A DNA stretch of 64,000 nucleotides from Lingula anatina (lineage: Eukaryota; Animalia; Brachiopoda). Below are positions 27,501-38,100 of this stretch, piece by piece (position 1 is the first letter of the stretch; the number at the start of each line of letters is the position of its first letter). A model generated the notes under the pieces. That model was not told the DNA's origin and made no database searches. It saw only the letters and a program-made list of their open reading frames with translations. The translations under genes were made by a program, and so were the position numbers. The DNA lies in assembly GCA_051362555.1 (NCBI GenBank), contig CM120640.1:45486788-45550787 (forward strand). The letters are read 5' to 3'.

Positions 27501-28628
27501 ATGGGCCTGCTTTAGATCTATGAATTTCTTAATCACTTTTTAAATTTCTATAAATTCCTTAAACAACATATTAGTGTATTACAAATAAAATACCACTTCA
27601 CTGATGAGTGAAGGAAATCTCATTTTGAAATCCAATTATTTATACTTTCATCTTATTGTATTTGTTGGCCATTAGTCAAATGACACAAGTAACATGATTC
27701 TGTTCACTTTAATTATGTCAAGCGCTAGTCAAATGTTACATATCAAATGCTACATATCTTATTATCCATATATGGTTTCATCTGTCAAGATAACGTCCTT
27801 GATAGGTATGAATATTTAAAAATCAATAGTTTAGTGGTGCTAATCAATAGTTTACTGGTAGTTAGAGGCTGTAAAAGATTTATCCATGTTAAACAAGTCA
27901 AGTAGCATTAGATCTAAATACATTATATTATCACATAATACCTGCTATACAATGATGTATCAAGTATTAAGTTTATGAAAATAAATCTGAACAAGATAAA
28001 ACAATGTTGTTGACTGAAGTAGCCAAACAGCTGGTATAACCTCACCTATCTTCAACATATGGTTTGTTTAAGTTTCCAGTACATGTCCTTCCTTCTCAAC
28101 TTTATTACACATGAATTCCCTCCAGGGACACAGACAACTAAGCCCTTACTGGTAACTTAACACACCTGCTGATTTTGAGGCAGTGGTAAACATTAATTTA
28201 ATATCCACCAGTAGTCCCGTCTATTACGAGGTTAGTCCAAGTATGGCATATGCATATCCATGAAATAATAGCTGATAATGATAAAATTAGCACATATCTC
28301 ACTGGTTGTTGAATTCAACCAAACAATAAAGTGAACCCTATAGTTTCCAAAAAAGCAACAACTTAGAGAGCCGAGGTACAAGTTATTACACCGTTCATTG
28401 AAATCGGATTGCAATGTAATGAAATGCACATACGAGGGTGTATTTTGCCCACTGATATTTAGCTTTTCCCATTGATCTACAGTTAATTGGACTTACGTGA
28501 GTCTTTTGGAAATCCTCGATGGCTCGAAGTGCTGAGTCGGTGAGTTTTACGTACACACAAGTTTTGTCAGCGCCGGTGGACCTACCAGATGTTAGACCAT
28601 ATTGCTCACCCTCCACCAGCGCCGCCAT
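8989..28628 (-). CDS. ELL: RNA polymerase II elongation factor ELL (ELL/ELL2 family), 12 coding exons, ~560 aa
   Basis: Exons with GT-AG boundaries and chained phases: 28497-28628, 20567-20617, 19526-19650, 15614-15730, 14961-15344, 14123-14193, 11978-12140, 11627-11714, 11211-11373, 10474-10534, 9988-10159, 8989-9144 (1683 nt). ELL hallmarks: MAAL...YGL...VKLTDSALRA, GSFDCVQQ, KISVCATDDVY, RDRVIHLLAVRPYKKPELLARLQKDG, DWPFYTE, KKQRIAH, and the C-terminal occludin/ELL domain PDYILQY...QRRRYKEDFNQQY...YLHTKLGHIKRLIQEYD. The exon 9/10 junction has an alternative solution (see findings). Confidence 0.95.
11426..11620. repeat. 31-bp minisatellite x ~6 in an ELL intron
   Basis: Unit TGTTACCAAGCAACCAAGACAAGGTGGCCTG starting at 11426, 11457, 11488, 11519, 11550 and 11581. 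Confidence 0.93.
12322..12927. repeat. Pair of 72-bp direct repeats (12322-12393, 12856-12927) in an ELL intron
   Basis: GAAAGATAACCAAGCCCCTTTTGACTGGGCACTGRCCATCAAGAGGGTCAGCAGTGGAATGGGTCRTCRCCA; 3 differences between copies; flanks unrelated. Confidence 0.9.
18081..18302. mobile_element. MITE / fold-back element
   Basis: Left arm GGATTGATCTAACTCTGAAGGGATTCTGGCTAAATTGAATTCAGTTTAAG closely matches the reverse complement of the right arm (GGATCGATCTATCTCTGAGGTGATTCTCGCTAAATTGCATTCAGTATAAG). Outer ends are more decayed. Confidence 0.7.
20133..20181. repeat. (TG)n microsatellite
   Basis: Visible TG run with one interruption. Confidence 0.95.
24489..24530. repeat. (AC)n microsatellite
   Basis: About 21 AC units. 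Confidence 0.95.
24734..25075. mobile_element. MITE with ~50-bp imperfect TIRs
   Basis: CCCCTATTCCACACAGACTACGAATTCCACGAACCACCGGGAATTGATAAAT versus reverse complement of the right end CCCCTATACTGCACCAACTACAAATTCCATGAACCACCATAAATTGATAAAT. Confidence 0.7.
27334..27509. mobile_element. GC-rich MITE (hAT-like) with 5-bp TSD
   Basis: TIRs CAGGCCCGTAGCCA / TGGCCATGGGCCTG, internal G- and C-runs, flanked on both sides by CTTTA. Confidence 0.8.
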
Positions 28629-28911
28629 CTTTGGTCTTACTGCCTCATCCCCAAAGTTGACGTGAGCTTTCGCATCGGCTCAGCAGGTGCGCATTACGAT
28701 GGGCCGTGACGGATGGTATTGAATGGGGTGCCCTTTAATCGTTGCGATAGCGGAAAAATGAACATCCGACGCAATCCGGTGCAGTGCGTTAAATTTATCG
28801 AAGAAAACGAAAGATGTTTAAATGTGTTATGATATTACAAACGAAGCAGGAAGTGGGTAATTTGTTTGAGTTCATAAATTTCCACATCGATTCCAAACCA
28901 TTACGTCACGC
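28619..28911 (-). promoter_or_regulatory. ELL proximal promoter / 5' region
   Basis: Locally CpG-rich against an AT-rich background. YY1-type GCCGCCATCTT overlaps the start codon (28621-28631); ETS-like CAGGAAGT near 28847; CRE-like TTACGTCA at 28901. Confidence 0.5.
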
Positions 28912-29127
28912 TGCAAAATAGTTAATGTGACCAACAAAATTTACAGCTCTGTAAGTAGGCTTATATTATAACAGAAGGTTGGGGGAGGGGCTCGTAAAAA
29001 AGAAAAAAAAAAACGCCCATCTAGACAGAAAAGATCCGCTCTACATCTAAATTCAATCTTTCTATTGATTTATTCTATTCGTAAACGGATTTTCAATCGC
29101 ATGTAACACAAGGGCAATGTCACTCGC

Positions 29128-30092
29128 ACTCATTCTCAGTATATCGATATAAAGGTCCATTTGCAGAAAACAGAAAAGTGAAAAATGCAGTCAAAGATAT
29201 ATTTGCAAATACTACTTTTCTAAATCTTTGGTGACAAAAAGAGATAAATCTGGCTTTTTGTGTTAATCATTGAAATTTTAAAATTCATGCCTTGCTAGTA
29301 GGCCTATGGGAAATGTTCGTATCCTGTATCAAATGTTTTAGCCTAGACGTCCCTACTTTAGTAAAGAGGGTTTTGAAAAAAAATTTGGATAATATTCACA
29401 CGCTATTAAAACTTACTTAAAACTACTAAAAATAAGACTGTCCTAAAGGGGTATTACTAAGATGCATGTTTATTTTACTGACACATTTTGCCCTCAACTG
29501 CAAGTATATTTTTTTCATAATCCCCGGTAACGAAGGTTTTGCAAATTACTTTCTATGGGAATGCAGTTTCGTCGTGTTTCGTGTAATACTTAGACTGTGG
29601 CCTGTTACCATATTGTCAAGCTAATAATGGATGTAACTGAATTCAGAATTTTATTAACGGCTAAAATATTACAAAAATACTTTTAAAAATCTAAAAATTA
29701 TGACCTGCACCAAAAAACGTAATGAAGGATTCTCTCAATTTCAAAAACTCAGTAACTCTGTGAAAGTAGCCCCAAGTTATTATTGAGTTATTTGTAAAAA
29801 AATTAACATTCTAGACATTTTCTGAGACGTTAGAATCGCTTTCTGATAAGTTGCAGATTTTCTACTTTAATAAAAATAAACTAGATCGATTGGAAAATGT
29901 CAGATGGTGCGGCGAACGACAGTAACGAAGGTAAAACATTTAGTCCGTTTATGTTTTTTGTGAGAACAAATAAATCTAGTAATTGTTGTTATTTATCTTT
30001 TAAGTTGCTAGACTGATGGTAGTAAAGTTCCACTCGCTTACGTTAATAAAGCAAAAATAAACGTTAAATGAACCTATATATTGAGAATGAGT
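29128..30092. mobile_element. Possible non-autonomous DNA transposon, ~965 bp
   Basis: 17-bp inverted termini ACTCATTCTCAGTATAT / ATATATTGAGAATGAGT (1 mismatch); no coding capacity; no clear TSD. Confidence 0.45.
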
Positions 30093-32147
30093 ATCAGCGG
30101 TTTTGTCATGTCTCCAGAGATCAACTACATGTGTCGACTGACTGCTCCCCGTTTATTTCTCTAGCAGAGTCTCCAGCACGAACGATCTAGCTCAAAGGCG
30201 ACTGACCAAACTTTTTTTGTTCAACGAGAATTTTGGTACGGATTGATTTAATGATTAATAATTAAATGACTGTTGGTCTCTAGTATATACTGAAAACTTA
30301 CCTTTTTCTGGGTGAATCCAGGCACTCTTTCTGCATACAAAAAATGTGGATCATCAAGCGCACTGTTTATTTTTATTTTTTTATTTTTTTACAAACACGA
30401 GCCGGAAATTTTTGTTTCACACACGAAGTTTTCTAGGTTCAAACTAAATGATTAATTGAATATGAAATTGTAAAAAATATATATATTATGGTTTTTAAGC
30501 TGTTGTCAAATCGCTTGTTCACAACGGTGGTATATGCGCATGCTTCAAATACAAGTACAATACATTGTATTGTCATTCCATCCCGATGTGACTTTTTTTG
30601 GGTCACATGATCAAATCAGTCGGTGTGAGGTGAGTGCACGACACGACAGATCTTTTGTTTATAGTCTGCGGAGGATTGGACCTGCTGTATACGTAATTTT
30701 CACCAAAGTTAAAGAAGAGGATAGATAACTTTGAAAGGTTGATGGAGATAGGAGGTAGGAATAAGAAACATTGAAAAGTTGAGGACGCTTTGTTGCCCTT
30801 ATGGGGTCGTTTCCAGGGCGTCTGAACCAGGTCGGATTTTGTTTTTCTTTTCCTTAGTGGTTGTGAAAATGGTTGTGATTGTGATTCATGTAAATGTCTG
30901 GCAATTTTTGTGGCATTGAGTGGTATGAAATGTTGCTTTTACCAGATGAATATTCATAATGTAACATGACCAGAAAACTATTGGTCTTCAGTATGGTTTA
31001 CAAGTTGACTTGTTATTTCAGTTAAACCCTTGCTACATTGTACACAGGACTTGCGGTCGCTAGGAGAACGAATTTAGCCCGACACTTACATATAAGTAAC
31101 GAAAGAAAAGCTGCAATATTTTAAGTTTGTCAACACTGATGTAAGAATTGAATCTGATACTGGCTATCAAATATTGCCAAAGCCCCAACTAAGAAAGAAG
31201 TGAGTATGGGCAAATATTCATTCCCCAAGCGGTCACAAGCCCAGTGTAGTACTTCACGTGCGTATTAAATTTAAATGATACGTTTATTATTCGCCCTACC
31301 TGTGTTCGTGAGTTCGGAGTAATGGCAATAATTAAGCTTTTAAAACATGCTTTTGTATTTTTTATTATTTTGGAAAATGCTGGGTCATTGTTTTCGTATT
31401 CAAAGGGCTAAAACTGCTTGAATATCAGACTGGTATTTGAGAAGGGTAATGTAATGAGGATGTTGGCAGAATAAGCCTGAAAGACAGCTGAGGACATTAA
31501 AATGAAAAATATATAGAAACCCCGTTAGTTTCAAAACATTTTATTTTGAAGGGTCCTCTAAACCAAAAGGATATTGGCCATTGCTGTTTTAATAGGTATC
31601 GTAATTTATTCATCTTTCAAATGTAGTGCGAATGCAGACTAAGGTGGGCTACCGTTAGGTTTAATATCTAGTCAGTTTAATATCTAGTCAGTTGGTTCAA
31701 GGGTAGCCGTGTCCCTATTCCTCTCTACATTTGAATCCGTTAAATCCTGAATCCGATCGTATGTATGTTAGGCTGTTTACAAGTACAGCAAAAATGGTGG
31801 ATATTTTGCCCTCAGTCTTGCAAGGTCATCTTTTGTTCGCGCGAACAGTCATTGATTTCTATCGGCTGTTTTATGCTCTGTTTAACTGCGTAACTGGTTC
31901 AGGTGAATGACTCGATCAAATGAATTTAGGTCATTTTTCAATGTAACTTTTCTATGAGAATGTCACAACATTATTATTGTCATAAATAAGTTTGTAGAGC
32001 ACGCATAGAACTTGAGTGCGTTGACAGTTCTGTTTGTTAAGACTAAAAGCAAAATTACAAGCTACTGTAATTATAAAACTGTACCTCTCACTTCAGGTGA
32101 CTGCAGAAAGTATACCCGTTGTCCTTGAATTGAAATCTTGCCTCATC

Positions 32148-35100
32148 ATGCAGTGCCACTCTCCATTCATCGTTTTGCTCGGTGTTTTTTCGATCGTAAC
32201 AACTGGTAAGAAACAGATTAGACTGATGAAGTATAAATAACCAAGCTTACATAATCTGTATTAAAAGTTATTCGGTAGATTGTGTTGCAATTGATTTTTT
32301 TTTTTTTTTTTGCATCGGGAACCAGGGGACGGGTGATAAATCTATTGGCGTTTTATAATATTGCTATTAGGTGTATCTCTAGCCTTACTAGTGCTAGTAG
32401 TTCTGAAACAAATTGGCGGGAAATTTTATCGTTAACCATGTTCTCTAGAAACGTCATATGAAGCACACACACACACACACTTTAAAATAGTTTCTAGTAC
32501 CTCTGTATTTTTTTAGTACAACGTTTTGATAGAAATTAATCACTGGATATTACCTTCTTTATGTAGGAACAACAACCACAACACCTGTTACGATGGTCAC
32601 AGTCGGTAAGTTCATTGACCAGTCCGTGTGTAAGAGTTATTATAATTGTCGTTTAGGCTAGTCCAAATATACATACTGTGGTTACGATTGTGATTAATAG
32701 GCGAAATATAATTATTTGACAAAACTATAAAATACATGCACACACAGGTTCGACAGAATAAGTTTTAACAAAACAAATGCATTGGAAACTAAATGTGGTT
32801 GAAGATTTAGTTTTACCTTCAAAAAAGCAATGACTATATTTTGCCGAAACAAGCTACATATACCATTTCCACAGCAACCTTGAACCACTCTGACCCTTAC
32901 CCCAATAACAACAACCGCTACACCATCTCCACTACTACTACTACTACTATACCAGGGCACATTAAATACGACCACTACTGTAGAAACTACCAAACACCAC
33001 TATTACCGCAGCCATTAGCACTCCAGATATGGACAACGTGGTAACAAACGGTATGTCTTTGGAAGTCTATTTGCGACGCACATAACTTTCATTCAATTTC
33101 TGTCTGTAAATTGTTATAAAGCCTCCTAATAAGCGGTATTTCCATTTGATATTTTGTATAAAATTTGATTTATATGCAAATAATTTATCAGGTGACGCTT
33201 CAGGACTGCAATATTATCAGCCATCAGTTTCAACCCGCAAAGCATTCGTGGAGACAGGGACACCTTTACCGGAGGGAGAATTGCTGAGTTTCTCTGTCTT
33301 CGTGCATACCAACACAGGCTCTGCAACGCCCGTCAGGTTTTTCATTTGGAGTGGAACTGCTAGTGACACCATGTTTAAACTGGACTATTACATTGACGCT
33401 TCGTTACCGACAACGAGTGGAAAATTTACGGTAATTGTCTACCTGGGATTTACAATGAGTTTGTTGTGAAAAGAGTCGCCAAATACTATACAGCTGATAT
33501 GTATATCGAGCGACCTCTCCGACCTCTTTCTTTTTCAATTCCCTTGGAACGATCGATTTGCTGTAGCATGCGTTGGTTAATGTGTTAAAATATTTTATCG
33601 TATTTTTCAGAAATATATACCTGATCCCAAGCCTTGGGTTTCTGCTGGTTCTTTCTATGGATGGGGTTATGGAAAAAAGAGTGACATCATAAGTTTTGCA
33701 TATAATTCTAAATACAACACTGAATTCTCTTATAATCTTCCTGATGATGAAAATACATGGCCAGACGTAAATGGAAGTTACACCTTTTCATTGAATAACC
33801 GATACTTCCACGCAGTTGAGGTCCAAATAAGAAACGGTAGGTGTCGTGATCATGGCATCCAATTGATCCAAATCTTTGAAACCTTCACGTTGATGTAGGA
33901 ATTATTTTAAATTCGTTTACTAGAAAAGTTGTTTTTTTATACGATTTGTTATTGAGTTGAAAGCGAAAAAAACTTTAACTGCCAAAATCTTAAGTTAAAT
34001 CATTTTTGTTTTTTAGGAACACAGACGACAACAACAACTCCCACCACCACGCCAACCACTACCACGCCAACCACTACCACCACGCCAACCACTACTACCG
34101 CAGCCATCAGCACCCCAGATATGGACAACGTGGTAACAATCGGTATGTCTTTGGAAGTTAATTTGCAACGCACATAACTTTTATTCAATTTCTGTCTGTA
34201 AATTGTTATAAAGCCTCCTAAAACTCGGTATTTCCATTTGATATTTTGTATAAAATTTGATTTATATGCAAAAATTTTATCAGGTGACGCTTCGGGACTG
34301 CAATATTATCAGCCATCAGTTTCAACCCGCAAAGCATTCGTGGAGACAGGGACACCTTTACCGGAGGGAGAACTGCTGGGTTTCTCTGTCTTCGTGCATA
34401 CCAACACAGGCTCTGCAACGCCCGTCAGGTTTTTCATTTGGAGTGGAACTGCTAGTGACACCATGTTTAAACTGGACTATTACATTGACGCTTCGTTACC
34501 GACAACGAGTGGAAAATTTACGGTAATTGTCTTCCTGGGATTTACAATGAGTTTGTTGTGAAAAGAGTCGCCAAATACTATACTGCTGATACGTTTATTA
34601 AGCGACCTCTCCGACTTCTTACTTTTTCAATTGCCTTGGAACGATCGATTTGCTGTAGCATGCGTTGGTTTAAAGCCTAATGTGTTAAAATATTTTATCG
34701 TATTTTTCAGAAATATATACCTGATCCCAAGCCCTGGGTTTCTGCTGGTTCTTTCTATGGATGGGGTTATGGAAAAAAGAGTGACATCATAAGTTTTGCA
34801 TATAATTCTAAATACAACACTGAATTCTCATATAATCTTCCTGATGATGAAAATACATGGCCAGACGTAAATGGAAGTTACACCTTTTCATTGAATAACC
34901 GATACTTCCACGCAGTTGAGGTCCAAATAAGAAACGGTAGGTGTCGTGATCATGGCATCCAATTGATCCAAATCTTTGAAACCTTCACGTTTGATGTAGG
35001 AATTATTTTAAATTCGTTTACTAGAAAAGTTGTTTTTTTATACAATTTGTTATTGAGTTGACAGTGACAAAAACTTTAACTGCCCAAATCTTAAGATCAA

Positions 35101-38100
35101 TCATTTTTGTCTTTTAGGAACACAGACGACAACAACAACTCCCAGCACCACCACGACCACTACCACGCCAACCACTTTCACGCCAACTACTACCACTCAA
35201 ACAACAACCACCACGCCAACCACGACCACGCCACCTACTACCACCCTAACAACAACCACCACGCCAACCACGACCACGCCAACTACTACCACCCCAACAA
35301 CAACCACCACGCCAACCACTACCACGCCAACAACTACCACCCTAACAACAACCACCACGCCAACCACTACTACCGCAGCCATTAGCACCCCAGATATGGA
35401 CAACGTGGTAACAATCGGTATGTCTTTGGAAGTTAATTTGCAGCGCACATAACTTTCATTTCAATTTCTGTTTGTAAATTGTTATAAAGTCTCCTAATAA
35501 CCGGTATTTCCATTTGATATTTTGTATAAAATTTGATTTATATGCAAAAATTTTATCAGGTGACGCTTCGGGACTGCAATATTATCAGCCATCAGTTTCA
35601 ACCCGCAAAGCATTCGTGGAGACAGGGACACCTTTACCGGAGGGAGAATTGCTGAGTTTCTCTGTCTTCGTGCATACCAACACAGGCTCTGCAACGCCCG
35701 TCAGGTTTTTCATTTGGAGTAGAACTGCTAGTGACACCATGTTTAAACTGGAATATTACATTGACGCTTCGTTACCGACAACGAGTGGAAAATTTACGGT
35801 AATTGTCTTCCTGAGATTTACAATGAGTTTGTTGTGAAAAGAGTCGCCAAATACTATGCAGCTGATATGTATATCGAGCGACCTCTCCGACTTCTTACTT
35901 CTTCAATTGCCTCGGAATGAGGTCGATTTGCTGTAGCATGCGTTGGTTTAAAGACAGTGTGTTAAAAGTATTTTTCATATTTTTCAGAAATATATACCTG
36001 ATCCCAAGCCTTGGGTTTCTGCTGGTTCTTTCTATGGATGGGGTTATGGAAAAAAGAGCGACATCATAAGTTTTGCATACAATTCTCAATACAACACCGA
36101 ATTCTCTTATAATCTTCCTGATGATGAAAATACATGGCCAGATGTGAATGGAACTTACACCTTTACAGTGAATAATCGATATTTCCACGCAGTTGAAGTC
36201 CAAATAAGAAACGGTAGGTGTCGTGATCATGGCATCCAAGGTACAAATGATCCTAATTTTTGAAATCGTCCATTTCATTGCAATTCAAAATTCACTAAGA
36301 AGTAAAGCTGTGTTATATTTCCTCATATGTAATTGAGCTGAAGTGATAAAAAACTTTCACTGGTGAAATCTAAAGGTAAATCTTTTTTTATTTAGGGACA
36401 CAGACGACGACATCAACCCCCACTACCACAACCCCAACCACCACAACCACGCCAACCACTACTACTACTACCACTTCCACCCCAACCACCACAACCACGC
36501 CAACCACTACTACTACTACCACTTCCACCCCAACCACCACAACCACGCCAACCACTACTACTACTACCACTTCCACCCCAACCACCACAACCACGCCAAC
36601 CACTACTACTACTACCACTTCCACCCCAACCACCACAACCACGCCAACCACTACTACTACTACCACTTCCACCCCAACCACCACAACCACGCCAACCACT
36701 ACTACTACTACCACCCCAACCACCACTACCACCCCAACCACCACGACAACCACTGCAGGTATGAACATTAAAGTTTTTATCAGAGGATATGGTTTAATTT
36801 ATTTTTTTTTTACATCCAATTTAGTACGGTGAGATGTACAGTAACAAAGGCATCTAATTATAACATATAAAGGTGTTGATTCATTGTATTCATTGTGTCG
36901 TACACCATTGAGATATTATATTCCTACCGTTCAATTAATGTTCACTACTGATCTGTGAATGTATAATCTTTTGTCCTGTTATTCTTCAGTTGTTATTCAA
37001 ATACCCGATCAAGCTACTGTGGGTGTCACAGTCACTTTCACTGGGGACTATAGCACTTTAGTTGGCAACGACAAGACTGCCACAGTTACAAGCATGAAAC
37101 AGCAAATGGCCACCAAACTGAATGTGGCTGAAGGCCGTATTATAAACTTGGATGTGCAGCCGGGTAAGTGGGTGTGAACTCCAAATCAGAAAGTACTTTG
37201 AATAGGTACTTGGTAGGTGAGTCTTGGCATTCTATAAAAGGAGGTAGTGCATAACTCTCTTCGTCCCAAATGTGCCAATAGGATATGACCCAGGTGCTGA
37301 GATATTGAACACTCAGGATTTAAGAAATGCATCGGGAGGCTAAATAGACTCCCCTCTAGAGGTACATGTATGTTGGTTTTGAAACACAATATATGCCGGT
37401 ATATGCAAAATACCCTTGCTCTTATCTATGATTAAGAAACTAAAATATAACTTAAAATATATCTGAATGGCACATGTCACGTATCATGAAAATGTAACAA
37501 ACGCTTCACTTCATAGTCAAAACTTGCTCCATTTAATTTTTTAAAAATCCAATTTCATTTTTCTTTTTACTTTTAGGTAGCATTGTTGTTGTTTTTGACC
37601 TTCTGCCCGCTGTATCGGGTTCCTCAGAAGCGAATCAGAGCGAGGTCGTGACCTCTTTGTACAGCGCTGTCTCCGGCAACAGTTTCACGTTGTCTGCAAC
37701 TGACGGAACCACAATTCAGGCTGCTGGCATGACATATGTTATTATAGAAAGTAAGTGCTCACCAGTACATTAGAACAAAACAAGTTCCAAACGAAAAAAC
37801 AAAGTAATATGGAATAAGATGCAACTCATGCGAAAAACATGAACCGTTTAATTAAAAAAATACTCTTATATTATCATATGATGGAAGAATATGTTGATAC
37901 AATAATTATTTTTTCGTGTGTCTTGTACTTGTAGTGACCTCAGCCCCTGTTACGTCGACTTCTACAGCCACTGCGATTCCATCGACAATTGGTATGTGCA
38001 ACAGGTTATCTAGATACGTGTAGCAGGTAGAATAGGTATACAATAATTTAAATTTACAGGGTGCTTTAAAAAGCAAAACAAACAGAGAATAGTCTGATTT

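Noticed and set aside
34000-36768. Poly-Val ORFs on - and a His/Asn-rich ORF on +
   Set aside because: Alternative frames of the Thr codon repeats in the mucin exons.
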